From an uncultured Bacilli bacterium (GTDB lineage Bacteria; Bacillota_I; Bacilli_A; RFN20; CAG-826), in NCBI GenBank assembly GCA_905235515.1, contig CAJOLV010000001.1, forward strand, positions 2,170 through 66,169: a stretch of 64,000 nt of DNA, read 5' to 3'. This document shows, in pieces, positions 39,975 through 49,306 of the stretch (positions are counted from its first letter, which is position 1; every line of letters begins with the position of its first letter). The notes under the pieces are model-generated. The model saw only the letters and a list, made by a program, of their open reading frames with translations, ran no database searches and had not been told where the DNA came from. Made by a program: the position numbers and the translations under genes.

Positions 39975-41378
39975 TTATTTTAATTCTCCTCCTCTACCAC
40001 CAACGGTGATTTGGCTGACTCTTAAGGTTGGTTGACCAACATTGGTTCTAATAGAGCCAGATGCAGCACCACACATACCTTGCGCTAATTTAAGATCGTT
40101 ACCGACCATATCAATATTTTTAAGAATTTCAAATCCTTTACCAATTAATGTTGCACCTTTAACTGGTTCTGCAACCTTACCATCTCTAATGATATAAGCT
40201 TCTGAACAACCAAAGTTGAATTCACCTGTGGTTGGATCAACTGAACCACCGTTGAAACTAACTGCATATAAGCCTAATTTAGTAGCAGCAATAATTTCTT
40301 CAGGTGTGCTCTTGCCATTACAAATATATGTATTAGACATACGAGATGTTGGGCAATAGCGGTAGTTTTGTCTACGACAAGCACCGTTACCAGTTTTTCC
40401 CATTCTTCTACCATTTAAGTCATCAATCATATAGTCGTTTAATTTACCATTTTTGATTAATAAACGTTTGCTACCTGGGTTACCTTCATCATCGATATCA
40501 ATTGAACCCCATTCATTCGGCATAGTGGAGTCATCGACTGCACTGACAACTGGAGAAGCGATATAATCACCGATCTTATTATTAGAGAAACAAGATAATC
40601 CTTTAGCAACAGAACTACTCTCTAATGGATGACCACATGATTCATGGAATAAGACGCCACCCCAACCATTACCGATAACAACTGGCATCACGCCACTTGG
40701 GCATTCAGCAGCAGTTAACATCTTTAAGGCTGTTTCAGCGGCTTTTCTCGCTACCTCTCTAGCTTTAACTTTAGTTCTGAAATAATTGATATCATCTTGC
40801 GCGCCTGGACCTTCAAAACCAGTTTCAAAACCGTTTTGATCCGCAACGATAACCATATAGGCTAATCTACCAAATTCTGTATCACGTTTGAACCATTTAC
40901 CTTTGGAATTAAAAATAGCAACAAATCTATGATTTGCACCGAAAGAACCAACTGTTCTCACGATACGTGGATCTTTCATAGAATAGATTTCATCAATACC
41001 TTCTCTAACTAAAGCGATTTTTTCTTCAAGTGGAACTTCAAAATAAGATTGTCCAATAGGATTGTTGTTCTTCTTTTTAATCATGTCTAATTTGGTGACA
41101 GTGATTAATCTTTCACCATTAAATGATTTGTTTAAAGAATTGGCTAAATCAAGAAGACCTTTTTTAGATAGATTATTAGTGTAACCATAAACGCATTGAT
41201 TTTCTTTTAATAATCTTAAGCCCACACCACACATGGAATTAGATGATGCAGTTTCAACTTTACCGTTTTCAATAGAAAAACCAGAAGAGTAGGAATCTTC
41301 ATAGAATATTTCTGCGTAATCCGCACCTGTGGAAAGAGCCTCGTTTAATACTTCGATTGCTAATTTTTTGCTTAACAT
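39975..41378 (-). CDS. tldD: TldD family metalloprotease
   Basis: RBS AAGGAGGT before the ATG at 41378; FHESCGHPLE (HExxxH), DDEG, RMSNTY, GGSVD, GQPTLR. Confidence 0.93.
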   Translation of the reverse strand: MLSKKLAIEVLNEALSTGADYAEIFYEDSYSSGFSIENGKVETASSNSMCGVGLRLLKENQCVYGYTNNLSKKGLLDLANSLNKSFNGERLITVTKLDMIKKKNNNPIGQSYFEVPLEEKIALVREGIDEIYSMKDPRIVRTVGSFGANHRFVAIFNSKGKWFKRDTEFGRLAYMVIVADQNGFETGFEGPGAQDDINYFRTKVKAREVARKAAETALKMLTAAECPSGVMPVVIGNGWGGVLFHESCGHPLESSSVAKGLSCFSNNKIGDYIASPVVSAVDDSTMPNEWGSIDIDDEGNPGSKRLLIKNGKLNDYMIDDLNGRRMGKTGNGACRRQNYRYCPTSRMSNTYICNGKSTPEEIIAATKLGLYAVSFNGGSVDPTTGEFNFGCSEAYIIRDGKVAEPVKGATLIGKGFEILKNIDMVGNDLKLAQGMCGAASGSIRTNVGQPTLRVSQITVGGRGGELK

Positions 41379-41521
41379 CTCAATATTTACCTCCTTCAAT
41401 AATGAAAATACTGTAGCACAATACAAAGAAATATGAAATATTTTTACTTATTGAAATAACTATTAAGCACACCGAAAAATGTTTACCAAAGTATACAAAA
41501 TGGTGTTTAAAGGAAATAAAA

Positions 41522-42445
41522 TTAATATTCTTTAATAATAGTTCCAGCTTTTTCTTTCACGGCCAAAGAAGCATTTTCTAGTGAAGATATAATAGCGGTA
41601 GCTTGAGGATTGGTTTGCAAGAATTTTAAACAAGCTTCTACCTTGGGTAACATGCTACCTTTAGCAAAGTGCCCTTCCTTAACATATTCTTTTAATTTGG
41701 AAGCACTGATTTCACCTAATTCTTTTTGATCTAGTTTGTTAAAATTGATGCAAACATTATTGACAGAGGTGAGAATAACTAAATAATCAGAGTGGGTTAA
41801 CTCTGCCACTTTTGCACTGGCAAAATCTTTATCGATAACTGCGGCGACACCAATTAATGAACCTTCTTCATTTTTGATAACTGGAACGCCACCTCCACCA
41901 GCGCATATAACAACGTGTTTATTCTCTACTAATTTAGCAATAGATTCTTTTTCAACAATATCAATTGGTAGTGGTGATGGGACTACCCTTCTATACCCTC
42001 TACCAGCATCTTCTTTGAAAATGTAACCAGTTTTTGCGGCAATTTCTTCACTTTTTTCTTTGGAATAGAATTTTCCAATAGGTTTAGTGGGGTTTAAAAA
42101 CATTGGATCATTTTTATCCACAACAACTTGTGTGACAATGGTGGATACTGGTCTATGTATACCTAATTCATTTAATCTATTATCAATCGCGTTTTGAATA
42201 TGATATCCGATATATCCTTCGGACATCGCTCCACATTCTGGGAATGGCATATCTGGAACATTATCATTATTAAAAGCGAGGTTAATCATTCCTACTTGTG
42301 GACCATTTCCGTGAACAATAATTACCTCATGCCAATTAGCGATTAAATCAACAATTGGTTTGGCTACTTGTTTTAATAATTCTTTTTGTTCTTCAGCGTT
42401 ATTTCCTAACGCATTACCACCTAATGAAATAACATATCTACTCAT
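41522..42445 (-). CDS. arcC: Carbamate kinase
   Basis: ISLGGNAL, HGNGPQVG, NPTKPIG, GYRRVVPSP, AVIDKD, GSMLPKV. Confidence 0.95.
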   Translation of the reverse strand: MSRYVISLGGNALGNNAEEQKELLKQVAKPIVDLIANWHEVIIVHGNGPQVGMINLAFNNDNVPDMPFPECGAMSEGYIGYHIQNAIDNRLNELGIHRPVSTIVTQVVVDKNDPMFLNPTKPIGKFYSKEKSEEIAAKTGYIFKEDAGRGYRRVVPSPLPIDIVEKESIAKLVENKHVVICAGGGGVPVIKNEEGSLIGVAAVIDKDFASAKVAELTHSDYLVILTSVNNVCINFNKLDQKELGEISASKLKEYVKEGHFAKGSMLPKVEACLKFLQTNPQATAIISSLENASLAVKEKAGTIIKEY

Positions 42446-42456
42446 ATATAACACCC

Positions 42457-42966
42457 CTAAAATTTAAACTCTGTATTTTGTGTTGCTTTAATAATTTCAA
42501 AGAATTTCTTCTTTCTTTTAAGAATCATAAAAATGATATAGCCAACAATTAAGACAGCTAGTTCTCCTGCTGCGACAGTTAAACTTGATAACCAAAAAGG
42601 GTCTCCTAACAAATATAGTTCAAAACCAACAATCAAACCATTAAAGACAACGGGATATGATATTGCAACAATAAGATATTTACTAAATATAATTCCTAAA
42701 CAAGCGAGGAAAGTTGCAAGAGTGCCAAAACCAACATCCATTAAACCTAGAGGAGACACTAAATTGGCAATCGCACAGCCTAGAGTTAAACCAAATATCT
42801 TTTTCTTATCAAAGAAACACATTAAAACAAGTATTTCTGAGAAACGGAATTGAATCGCTCCAAAAGATATAGGAGTGAGTAAATAAGTAAAAACAACATA
42901 AAAAGCCGCTAATAAACCATTTTGCACTATGTCCCGTTCATCAAAATGGAACTTCTTTTTATCCAT
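42457..42966 (-). CDS. queT: QueT family transporter (ECF S-component-like)
   Basis: GAIQFRFSE, GLTLGCAIANL, DVGFGTLAT. Confidence 0.88.
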   Translation of the reverse strand: MDKKKFHFDERDIVQNGLLAAFYVVFTYLLTPISFGAIQFRFSEILVLMCFFDKKKIFGLTLGCAIANLVSPLGLMDVGFGTLATFLACLGIIFSKYLIVAISYPVVFNGLIVGFELYLLGDPFWLSSLTVAAGELAVLIVGYIIFMILKRKKKFFEIIKATQNTEFKF

Positions 42967-43056
42967 ACGCCAACAATTATATAGTTTTTTACATATTTTA
43001 TAAAAAATATTTGATTATTAACCTCATACTTTGATAATATCTATATCGCAAACTTT

Positions 43057-43090
43057 CTTGGACGAAGTTAATGTTCCAGGCGGAAGGAGA
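43057..43090 (+). promoter_or_regulatory. Possible L31 leader hairpin next to the rpmE RBS
   Basis: CTTGGAC/GTTCCAGG stem just before GGAAGGAGA; promoter TTGATT (43011), 18 bp, TG-A-TAATAT (43035). Confidence 0.4.
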
Positions 43091-43097
43091 GATTTAA

Positions 43098-43301
43098 ATG
43101 AAAAAAGGTATTCACCCAAATTACAATCGTTGCACAGTTACATGCATTTCTTGCGGAGCAACATTTGAAACAGGTTCTGTTTTAAAAGAAATCAAAGTTG
43201 ATACATGCTCCAATTGCCACCCATTCTATACCGGCAAACAAAGATTCGTACAAAGCGATGGTCGTGTTGATCGTTTCAATCGTAAATACGGACTTAAATA
43301 A
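43098..43301 (+). CDS. rpmE: 50S ribosomal protein L31 (Zn-binding type)
   Basis: [14 protein letters not shown]...[19 protein letters not shown]. Confidence 0.97.
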   Translation: MKKGIHPNYNRCTVTCISCGATFETGSVLKEIKVDTCSNCHPFYTGKQRFVQSDGRVDRFNRKYGLK

Positions 43302-43321
43302 TTATTATCAAAAAAAGAATT

Positions 43322-43341
43322 ACCGGAGAAATCCGGTTTTC
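43322..43341 (+). terminator. Short hairpin/terminator after rpmE
   Basis: ACCGGA-GAAA-TCCGGT followed by TTT. Confidence 0.55.
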
Positions 43342-43367
43342 TAATCTAAAAAGGAGGCTCATTCGCC

Positions 43368-44963
43368 ATGGAAAAGAAAAGATTTTACATCACAACCCCA
43401 ATTTATTACCCAAGCGCTAAGTTACATATTGGTCATGCTTATTGCACAACATTGACTGATATTTTTGCACGCTATAAACGAATGAGAGGTTTTGAATGTT
43501 ACTTCTTAACTGGTGCGGATGAACACGGACAAAAGATTGAAGAGAACGCTAAAAAAGCCGGTGTTACTCCTCAAGAATTCGTTGATAACATCGTTGAGGG
43601 ATTCCATAAATTATGGGAACTCTTATATATTTCTAATGATGATTTCATCAGAACTACACAAGAAAGACACATTAAAACAGTTCAACAAATCTTCTCACAA
43701 ATGTTAAAACAAGAAGATATCTACTTAGGCAAATATAAAGGTTGGTATTGCACTCCATGTGAATCATTTTGGACTGATACACAAGTTGGTCCTGACCATC
43801 TCTGCCCGGATTGTGGTAGACCAGTTCATGAAGCGGAAGAAGAAGCTTACTTCTTCAAAACCAGCAAATATGTTGATAGATTATTAAAATTCTATGATGA
43901 AAATCCTAAATTCCTACTTCCTGAATCTCGTAAGAATGAAATGATTAATACATTCATTAAACCAGGATTAGAAGATTTATGTGTTTCTAGAACTAGCTTC
44001 TCTTGGGGAATCCCAATTAAAGAGAATCCAAAACACGTTGTCTATGTTTGGCTAGATGCATTAACCAATTATATTTCTGCTTTAGGCTATGGTAGTGATA
44101 ATCCAGAATTATTTAATAAGTTCTGGCAAGACCCAGAATGTGAAACTATTCACATCTTAGGCGCAGATATCACTAGATTCCACGCGATTTATTGGCCAAT
44201 GTTCTTAGAATCATTAGGTTTAAGAAAACCCGATAGAGAATTAATCCATGGTTTATTAATGATGAGAGATTCTAAGATGTCTAAATCTAAGGGTAACGTT
44301 GTCGATCCATATCCACTTGTGGAACGTTATGGTGTCGATGCAGTAAGATATTACTTAGTGAGAGAAGTAACCTTTGGTCAAGATGGCTCATTTACTCCGG
44401 AACAATTCGTGGAAAGAAGCAATACTGACTTAGCAAACTCCTTAGGTAATTTATTAAATAGAACCGTTTCCATGATTAATAAATATTTCCAAGGCATTGT
44501 TCCTTCATATCAAGGCAAAGTCACTCCATTTGATGGTGAACTTGAAAGTGTTATTAATGTTTCAGTAAAGCAATATGAAAACTTATTAGATGATCTCAAG
44601 ATTACAGAAGCGATTACTGCTGCAATGGATATCGTGGGTCGCGCTAATAAATATATTGATGAAACTACTCCTTGGGCGTTAGCCAAAGATGAATCTAAGC
44701 AAAAAGATCTTGCTAGCGTGATGAATCATTTAGCAACAGCATTATTTGTTGCTGGCATCTTATTAAAACCAGTATTAGTTACCGCTAGTGATAAGTTATT
44801 TGCACAGCTTGGATTGAACCCAGAAGAGGTCAAATACGAACAAATTTATAACCTCTCATATCTCGGTGGTCAAACCGTTAATAAAGGTGATCAATTATTC
44901 CCAAGATTAGATGTAACAATTGAAGTTCCATTTATCCAAGAATTGATGGGTGTTAACAAATAG
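43368..44963 (+). CDS. metG: Methionyl-tRNA synthetase (short form, no C-terminal tRNA-binding domain)
   Basis: YITTPIYY, LHIGH, YVWLDAL, KMSKS. Confidence 0.97.
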   Translation: MEKKRFYITTPIYYPSAKLHIGHAYCTTLTDIFARYKRMRGFECYFLTGADEHGQKIEENAKKAGVTPQEFVDNIVEGFHKLWELLYISNDDFIRTTQERHIKTVQQIFSQMLKQEDIYLGKYKGWYCTPCESFWTDTQVGPDHLCPDCGRPVHEAEEEAYFFKTSKYVDRLLKFYDENPKFLLPESRKNEMINTFIKPGLEDLCVSRTSFSWGIPIKENPKHVVYVWLDALTNYISALGYGSDNPELFNKFWQDPECETIHILGADITRFHAIYWPMFLESLGLRKPDRELIHGLLMMRDSKMSKSKGNVVDPYPLVERYGVDAVRYYLVREVTFGQDGSFTPEQFVERSNTDLANSLGNLLNRTVSMINKYFQGIVPSYQGKVTPFDGELESVINVSVKQYENLLDDLKITEAITAAMDIVGRANKYIDETTPWALAKDESKQKDLASVMNHLATALFVAGILLKPVLVTASDKLFAQLGLNPEEVKYEQIYNLSYLGGQTVNKGDQLFPRLDVTIEVPFIQELMGVNK

Positions 44964-44992
44964 AGGGTTGGTAATTCCAATCCTTTCTTTTT
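44963..44992 (+). terminator. Terminator after metG
   Basis: AGGGTTGG/CCAATCCT stem followed by TTCTTTTT. Confidence 0.75.
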
Positions 44993-45116
44993 ATCAATAT
45001 TTTTGTAAAATAATGGCTTTTTGCAACAAAATAATTGATTTTTGCGCGTTTTTTCACTTTAATAGTCACTCCATTATTTGTCATTTTTTACTAATGAGAT
45101 TATAATTGTCCTGTCT

Positions 45117-45710
45117 ATGAAAACATTCATAAAATTACTTCCAAATTTTGTTAGCACAATCCGTATATTAGGAGCATTTACAATTCTATTTATTGAACCG
45201 TTGTCACTAGGATTTTTTATTGTTTATAGTGTGTGTGGTATTAGTGATGTTCTCGATGGCTTTTTAGCAAGAATCTTTCAAGCGCAAAGTAAGGTCGGTT
45301 CTGCTTTAGACAGTATCAGTGATTTAGTGTTTTATTCAGTGATGGCGATTGTTATCTTCCCAACATTGTTTGAATTATTATCAATTGGTAATTGGATTGT
45401 TATTGGTATCCCTGTTCTTTTCCAAATAGTGGGCTATATCTTATGCGCTATTAAATTTAAAAAGTTTTCTAGCGTACACACATATGCGAACAAATTCCTT
45501 AGTTTTTTAGTTTTTGCATTTCCGTTCACATTTATCGGCAGAATTGAACTTTTATATAATCTCTATATCTACATTGGTAGTGTTTTTGCGATATACGCTG
45601 GTATTGAGATAATTCTCATTCATTCCATTGCTCATAGATATGACGAAAGAAACAAAATGGTCTATTTAATAAAAAGAAATGAAATAGATTTAAGAGAAGA
45701 TATACAATAA
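45117..45710 (+). CDS. CDP-alcohol phosphatidyltransferase family protein
   Basis: LPNFVSTIRI, DVLDGFLAR...GSALDSISD motif. Confidence 0.88.
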   Translation: MKTFIKLLPNFVSTIRILGAFTILFIEPLSLGFFIVYSVCGISDVLDGFLARIFQAQSKVGSALDSISDLVFYSVMAIVIFPTLFELLSIGNWIVIGIPVLFQIVGYILCAIKFKKFSSVHTYANKFLSFLVFAFPFTFIGRIELLYNLYIYIGSVFAIYAGIEIILIHSIAHRYDERNKMVYLIKRNEIDLREDIQ

Positions 45711-45717
45711 GGACGAT

Positions 45718-46383
45718 ATGAAAAAAGATTTGCTCTTCTCTTTCTTAAAAGGTATTTGTGCTGGCCTTGCGATTGGATTTGGTGGATTTTTATATATTTT
45801 AATGACATATCTCAACCAAGGTGAGTTAGGAAAAGTATTAGGATCCTTATTATTTGCAGTGGGTCTATTTACTGTTTGTTCATTATCTCTTTGCCTCTAT
45901 ACAGGTAAGATTGGTCTTATCTATGAAGGTAAACAAACTAAAACTTTTTATATTTCTTTACCAATTATGTTAATCGGTAACGCGATTGGCGCATTTGGTT
46001 TAGGGATGTTATGCTATTTAGCTTTTAAAAATACCGATTTATTTAATAGTGCATCAGCCACGGCGGGAGTAAGACTAGGATTTAATAGTTTTAATGACTT
46101 TTTAAGTTGTGCGATTAAATCTACACTTTGTGGTTTATGTGTTTACCTCGCTGTTAAATGCTTTGCATATAAGAGGATTTCCTTTTTAGGAACTGGAATG
46201 TTAGTGTTCTTTGTTTTTGTCTTTGTCTATGCTGGATTCCAACACTGTATTGCTAATATGTTCTACTTTGGATTTGCCTGGTCGTGGAGCTGGCAACTAG
46301 CGGTTAATCTGGTTCTCTGCATATTATTTAATTCAGTCGGACCACTCTTTGGAGTTTTGTTAATTAAAACGATTAAGGGTTAG
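45718..46383 (+). CDS. Formate/nitrite transporter (FNT) family protein
   Basis: LFAVGL...LCLYTG, LIGNAIG, GFQHCIANMF. Confidence 0.88.
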   Translation: MKKDLLFSFLKGICAGLAIGFGGFLYILMTYLNQGELGKVLGSLLFAVGLFTVCSLSLCLYTGKIGLIYEGKQTKTFYISLPIMLIGNAIGAFGLGMLCYLAFKNTDLFNSASATAGVRLGFNSFNDFLSCAIKSTLCGLCVYLAVKCFAYKRISFLGTGMLVFFVFVFVYAGFQHCIANMFYFGFAWSWSWQLAVNLVLCILFNSVGPLFGVLLIKTIKG

Positions 46384-46509
46384 TGGATTCTAGCCCTTTA
46401 TTTTATAAAATTGTCTTAAAAATAATACAAAATAACGATTTTTGAATATTTTAGAGACTAAAAAAATAGTTTCTACTTTTTATTATGCGTGATATATAAT
46501 ACACACGAT

Positions 46510-47598
46510 ATGGAAAAAGTATCTATTAAAGAAACGTGGAACAATATGAAGGACCAAATAGTTAAACCTCATATTAGACAAGAGGCCTTCTTGTTTTTTG
46601 CTGTTTTGATTTATGCTTTTTCAGTGTTGGTGGCGACAATTATTAATTTTATTAATGACATCGCACCTCTTAAATGGATTACATTAGCTCACCTCATTGC
46701 TTTATTTGCTATGGAAGTGGTGGAATTTATCGTTTTCTCTAAATGTAAAAAGCCTACTCTTTGGCCATTTATTGTTTTAACATTGGTTTTCGGCTTTTCA
46801 ATACCTTTGTGCTATCTTTTCTTAGCCCCTTTTGATAGTTTGTATTTATTCTGGATTTATTTAATTCCGATTGTATATTTTGCTTGTTTTGGTAATAAAC
46901 GCGGTTTGATACCTAGCGCTATATTGTTCGCTATATTCTGTTTATTCCTCTTTATTCCAGGTTTGAATAAATTGACTGTCGGAGGGAAAGAACCTCAAGA
47001 TGGATATGATCTAGAAAAAGTTTTCTTTGTTTTATATTATGTCGTTTGTTGTTTTACAGGAGTCATCCTCTCGTTAGCCTATAACACAATTGTTAAAAAA
47101 CTCGATGTAGTTAAAGATATTTATTATCAAGAAGCCAACACTGATGTTGTCACAGGTTTAAGAAATCAAGCTTTCTTCTTATCATATGTGAATAAGATTA
47201 GACAAAAGAGTAAAATTGGTGACACAATCGGTTTAATGTTTATCGATATTGATGATTTCAAAGTCTATAACGATAAATATGGTCATATTGTTGGTAACCA
47301 AGTTTTAGTGGAAGTGGCAAATAGATTAAATCAAGTGCCACACGATCTCATTGTCAGATGGGGCGGTGACGAATTTGCTATCATCGAAAAGAATCTTGGC
47401 AGAGATGAATTCATCGCTAAAGCAAACTTCCTTCTCAAGTCAGTTGAAGGCATCCATAACGGAGTGACAATCTCTATCGGTCTTTCCTACTACACAATTG
47501 ATGAAAATTTCGACTTTGATAAAGTCTTTAATGAAGCGGATATGCAAGCCATCCGCGCTAAAGGAAAAGGGAAGAATTGTATCGTTATAAGTAAATAG
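46510..47598 (+). CDS. Membrane-bound GGDEF dinucleotide cyclase with variant base-specificity residues
   Basis: About six TM segments; DVVTGLRNQ, FIDIDDFKVYNDKYGHIVGNQVL, RWGGDEF; no RxxD I-site (VPHD). Confidence 0.9.
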   Translation: MEKVSIKETWNNMKDQIVKPHIRQEAFLFFAVLIYAFSVLVATIINFINDIAPLKWITLAHLIALFAMEVVEFIVFSKCKKPTLWPFIVLTLVFGFSIPLCYLFLAPFDSLYLFWIYLIPIVYFACFGNKRGLIPSAILFAIFCLFLFIPGLNKLTVGGKEPQDGYDLEKVFFVLYYVVCCFTGVILSLAYNTIVKKLDVVKDIYYQEANTDVVTGLRNQAFFLSYVNKIRQKSKIGDTIGLMFIDIDDFKVYNDKYGHIVGNQVLVEVANRLNQVPHDLIVRWGGDEFAIIEKNLGRDEFIAKANFLLKSVEGIHNGVTISIGLSYYTIDENFDFDKVFNEADMQAIRAKGKGKNCIVISK

Positions 47599-47620
47599 AA
47601 GCGGGGAACCGTTTCTTTTT
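47597..47620 (+). terminator. Terminator after the GGDEF gene
   Basis: AGAAGCGG-GGAA-CCGTTTCT-TTTT. Confidence 0.75.
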
Positions 47621-47646
47621 ATATCTTTGATATACTAAAAAAGTTT

Positions 47647-47676
47647 TTGACAAAATAATAAAAATAAATTTAATAT
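47647..47676 (+). promoter_or_regulatory. SigmaA promoter of the first TasA-like gene
   Basis: TTGACA (47647-47652), 18 bp, TAATAT (47671-47676), followed by a ~140 nt structured leader. Confidence 0.7.
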
Positions 47677-47819
47677 ATTCGTGCAAAGCAAAAGCGACTG
47701 AGACGTCCCTTCTTAGTTGGCGACACGTGATGCAAAAGTATCTATCATCCATCCAGTTAAATAAAAGATAGAATAATTGGATGATTTTTGTCGTTTATAC
47801 TAAGGAGAACAAAAATATT

Positions 47820-48734
47820 ATGAAAAAATCAAAAATTATCGTTCCTGCCCTCGGTATCCTTTTACTCTCAACAGCTGCCTCTATTTCTGGCACAGTTGCA
47901 TGGTTCACCGCAAGCAGAACATTCTCAACATCAGTCTCTGAATTTGGCGTCGGATCAATCGATGGTCAATTAAAAGCTACAGTCGCCGCTGGTGTTGGCA
48001 CAAAAGTCGGTACTAATGATAGCACAATCGAATTTGCAGTTGATGATACACCATCTGTTTTAACAGATGCTTCCTACTATTCTACTGGTCGAGTAGTTTA
48101 TACAGATGATGCTGTTGTTACAGAAGCCGGTGGAGGCACTAATACCACTGCATTCTATTTAGTTGGTACAGATGGCACACGTACCGCGGCTAACCTCAAA
48201 GCTGGTTCAAAAGATAGTAAAGATTATTATTATGCTGTTACATGGACAATCACATTAAAATATGAAGGCTCTGCTACATCTAATAATGTGCATATGTTAT
48301 TTGACAGTACAGAATCTAGTATTACAGTCACTAGCTCTTCCGAAGGTACTGATAAACATTTAGATATTGGTAATGGTATTAGATTCAACTTTGAAGTTAA
48401 TTCTGCTAGTAAAGTCAACTATGCTCCATTAAGAGAAACTTCTGGTGTTAATAATGTTGCTTCCGCTACTACTACACAAGCTACACAACAACTTATCGCT
48501 AGCGATACCACAATCACAAAATTACCAGACAATAAAACAGCCACTGTTGCAGCAACCCACAAAGAATATTTAGGTACTACTGCTCCAGATGAAAATTTTG
48601 TTGTTACAGTTACTGCTTGGTTAGAAGGTACAGATGCTGACGTGTTATCCTCACTTCTTGATCCAAATATGACAATCTCTGGCAACTTAAACTTCTATTG
48701 CAGAACCGAAGGTACAGACAGCACAGCTCTCTAA
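47820..48734 (+). CDS. SipW-signal (TasA/camelysin-like) secreted subunit A, 304 aa
   Basis: RBS AAGGAG; MKKSKIIVPALGILLLSTAASISGTVA|WFT resembles the TasA GGTWA|AFND signal; C-terminal TAWLEGTD...ISGNLNF. Confidence 0.78.
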   Translation: MKKSKIIVPALGILLLSTAASISGTVAWFTASRTFSTSVSEFGVGSIDGQLKATVAAGVGTKVGTNDSTIEFAVDDTPSVLTDASYYSTGRVVYTDDAVVTEAGGGTNTTAFYLVGTDGTRTAANLKAGSKDSKDYYYAVTWTITLKYEGSATSNNVHMLFDSTESSITVTSSSEGTDKHLDIGNGIRFNFEVNSASKVNYAPLRETSGVNNVASATTTQATQQLIASDTTITKLPDNKTATVAATHKEYLGTTAPDENFVVTVTAWLEGTDADVLSSLLDPNMTISGNLNFYCRTEGTDSTAL

Positions 48735-48753
48735 TCTAAACCATTTATAAACT

Positions 48754-48783
48754 ACACCTCGATTAATTCGGGGTGTTTTTTTA
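48754..48783 (+). terminator. Terminator after subunit A
   Basis: ACACCTCGA/TCGGGGTGT stem followed by 7 T. Confidence 0.85.
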
Positions 48784-48880
48784 TGTTATTAAGATATTGT
48801 AAGACTATGTCTTTAAAAAAAGTATTTCAAAAAATAAGTGGATGCTATAATATATACTACAAGGTGAACTTGCCTAATTT

Positions 48881-49240
48881 ATGAAAAATAAAAAACCATT
48901 ATTTATCGCCTTGATAGCTGTAGATGTCGCCATTACAGTGTTTTTATTCGTTATAAGCATTATAATGCTTGCTAAGACAGCCGGTAAGACTGCTAACGAG
49001 ATTCAAAATGCTACTGGATTAATTGGATATCTACAAAATCACCCACTCGTATATGGGTTAGCGTTTGTGGTTCCTTTATTCTTATTGTTAGCAGGCAATA
49101 TTATTGGACTAGTCATTTATGTGAAAAAAACCACTGAAAGAAAGCCAATGCAAGTTAATGATCTTAGTGAAGAGCAAAAAGAAGCTCTCAGACAAGAACT
49201 CCTTAAGGAATTACAAGAAAATAGTGAGAAAAAAGAATAG
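48881..49240 (+). CDS. Two-TM small protein resembling SipW without its catalytic domain
   Basis: TM-loop-TM-tail topology; tail DLSEEQKEALRQELLKEL matches the SipW tail ELSDKDKERLKQQLLEEM (9/18 identical); own extended -10 TGCTATAAT at 48843. Confidence 0.7.
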   Translation: MKNKKPLFIALIAVDVAITVFLFVISIIMLAKTAGKTANEIQNATGLIGYLQNHPLVYGLAFVVPLFLLLAGNIIGLVIYVKKTTERKPMQVNDLSEEQKEALRQELLKELQENSEKKE

Positions 49241-49260
49241 CGAGATATCGTTATTTTTTT
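49236..49260 (+). terminator. Terminator
   Basis: AATAGCGA-GATA-TCGTTATT-TTTTT. Confidence 0.75.
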
Positions 49261-49274
49261 ATAAAAATTAGATA

Positions 49275-49303
49275 TTGCAAGTTTAAATATATTGTGATAA
49301 TAT
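49275..49303 (+). promoter_or_regulatory. SigmaA promoter driving the riboswitch leader
   Basis: TTGCAA (49275-49280), 17 bp, extended -10 TG-A-TAATAT (49295-49303); the aptamer starts a few nt downstream. Confidence 0.8.
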
Positions 49304-49306
49304 TCA

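Noticed and set aside
38648-41378. tldD/pmbA as part of a RiPP (microcin-like) cluster
   Set aside because: No precursor peptide, YcaO, radical SAM or dedicated exporter is adjacent; the pair is commonly stand-alone.
42967-43010. preQ1-I riboswitch upstream of queT (minus strand has AAAAAACTA)
   Set aside because: No P1 stem or GGTTC loop precedes the A-tract; the sequence is better explained as AT-rich promoter DNA.
43368-44963. metG as a truncated pseudogene
   Set aside because: Short monomeric MetRS lacking the C-terminal domain is a normal form; HIGH and KMSKS are intact and a terminator follows.
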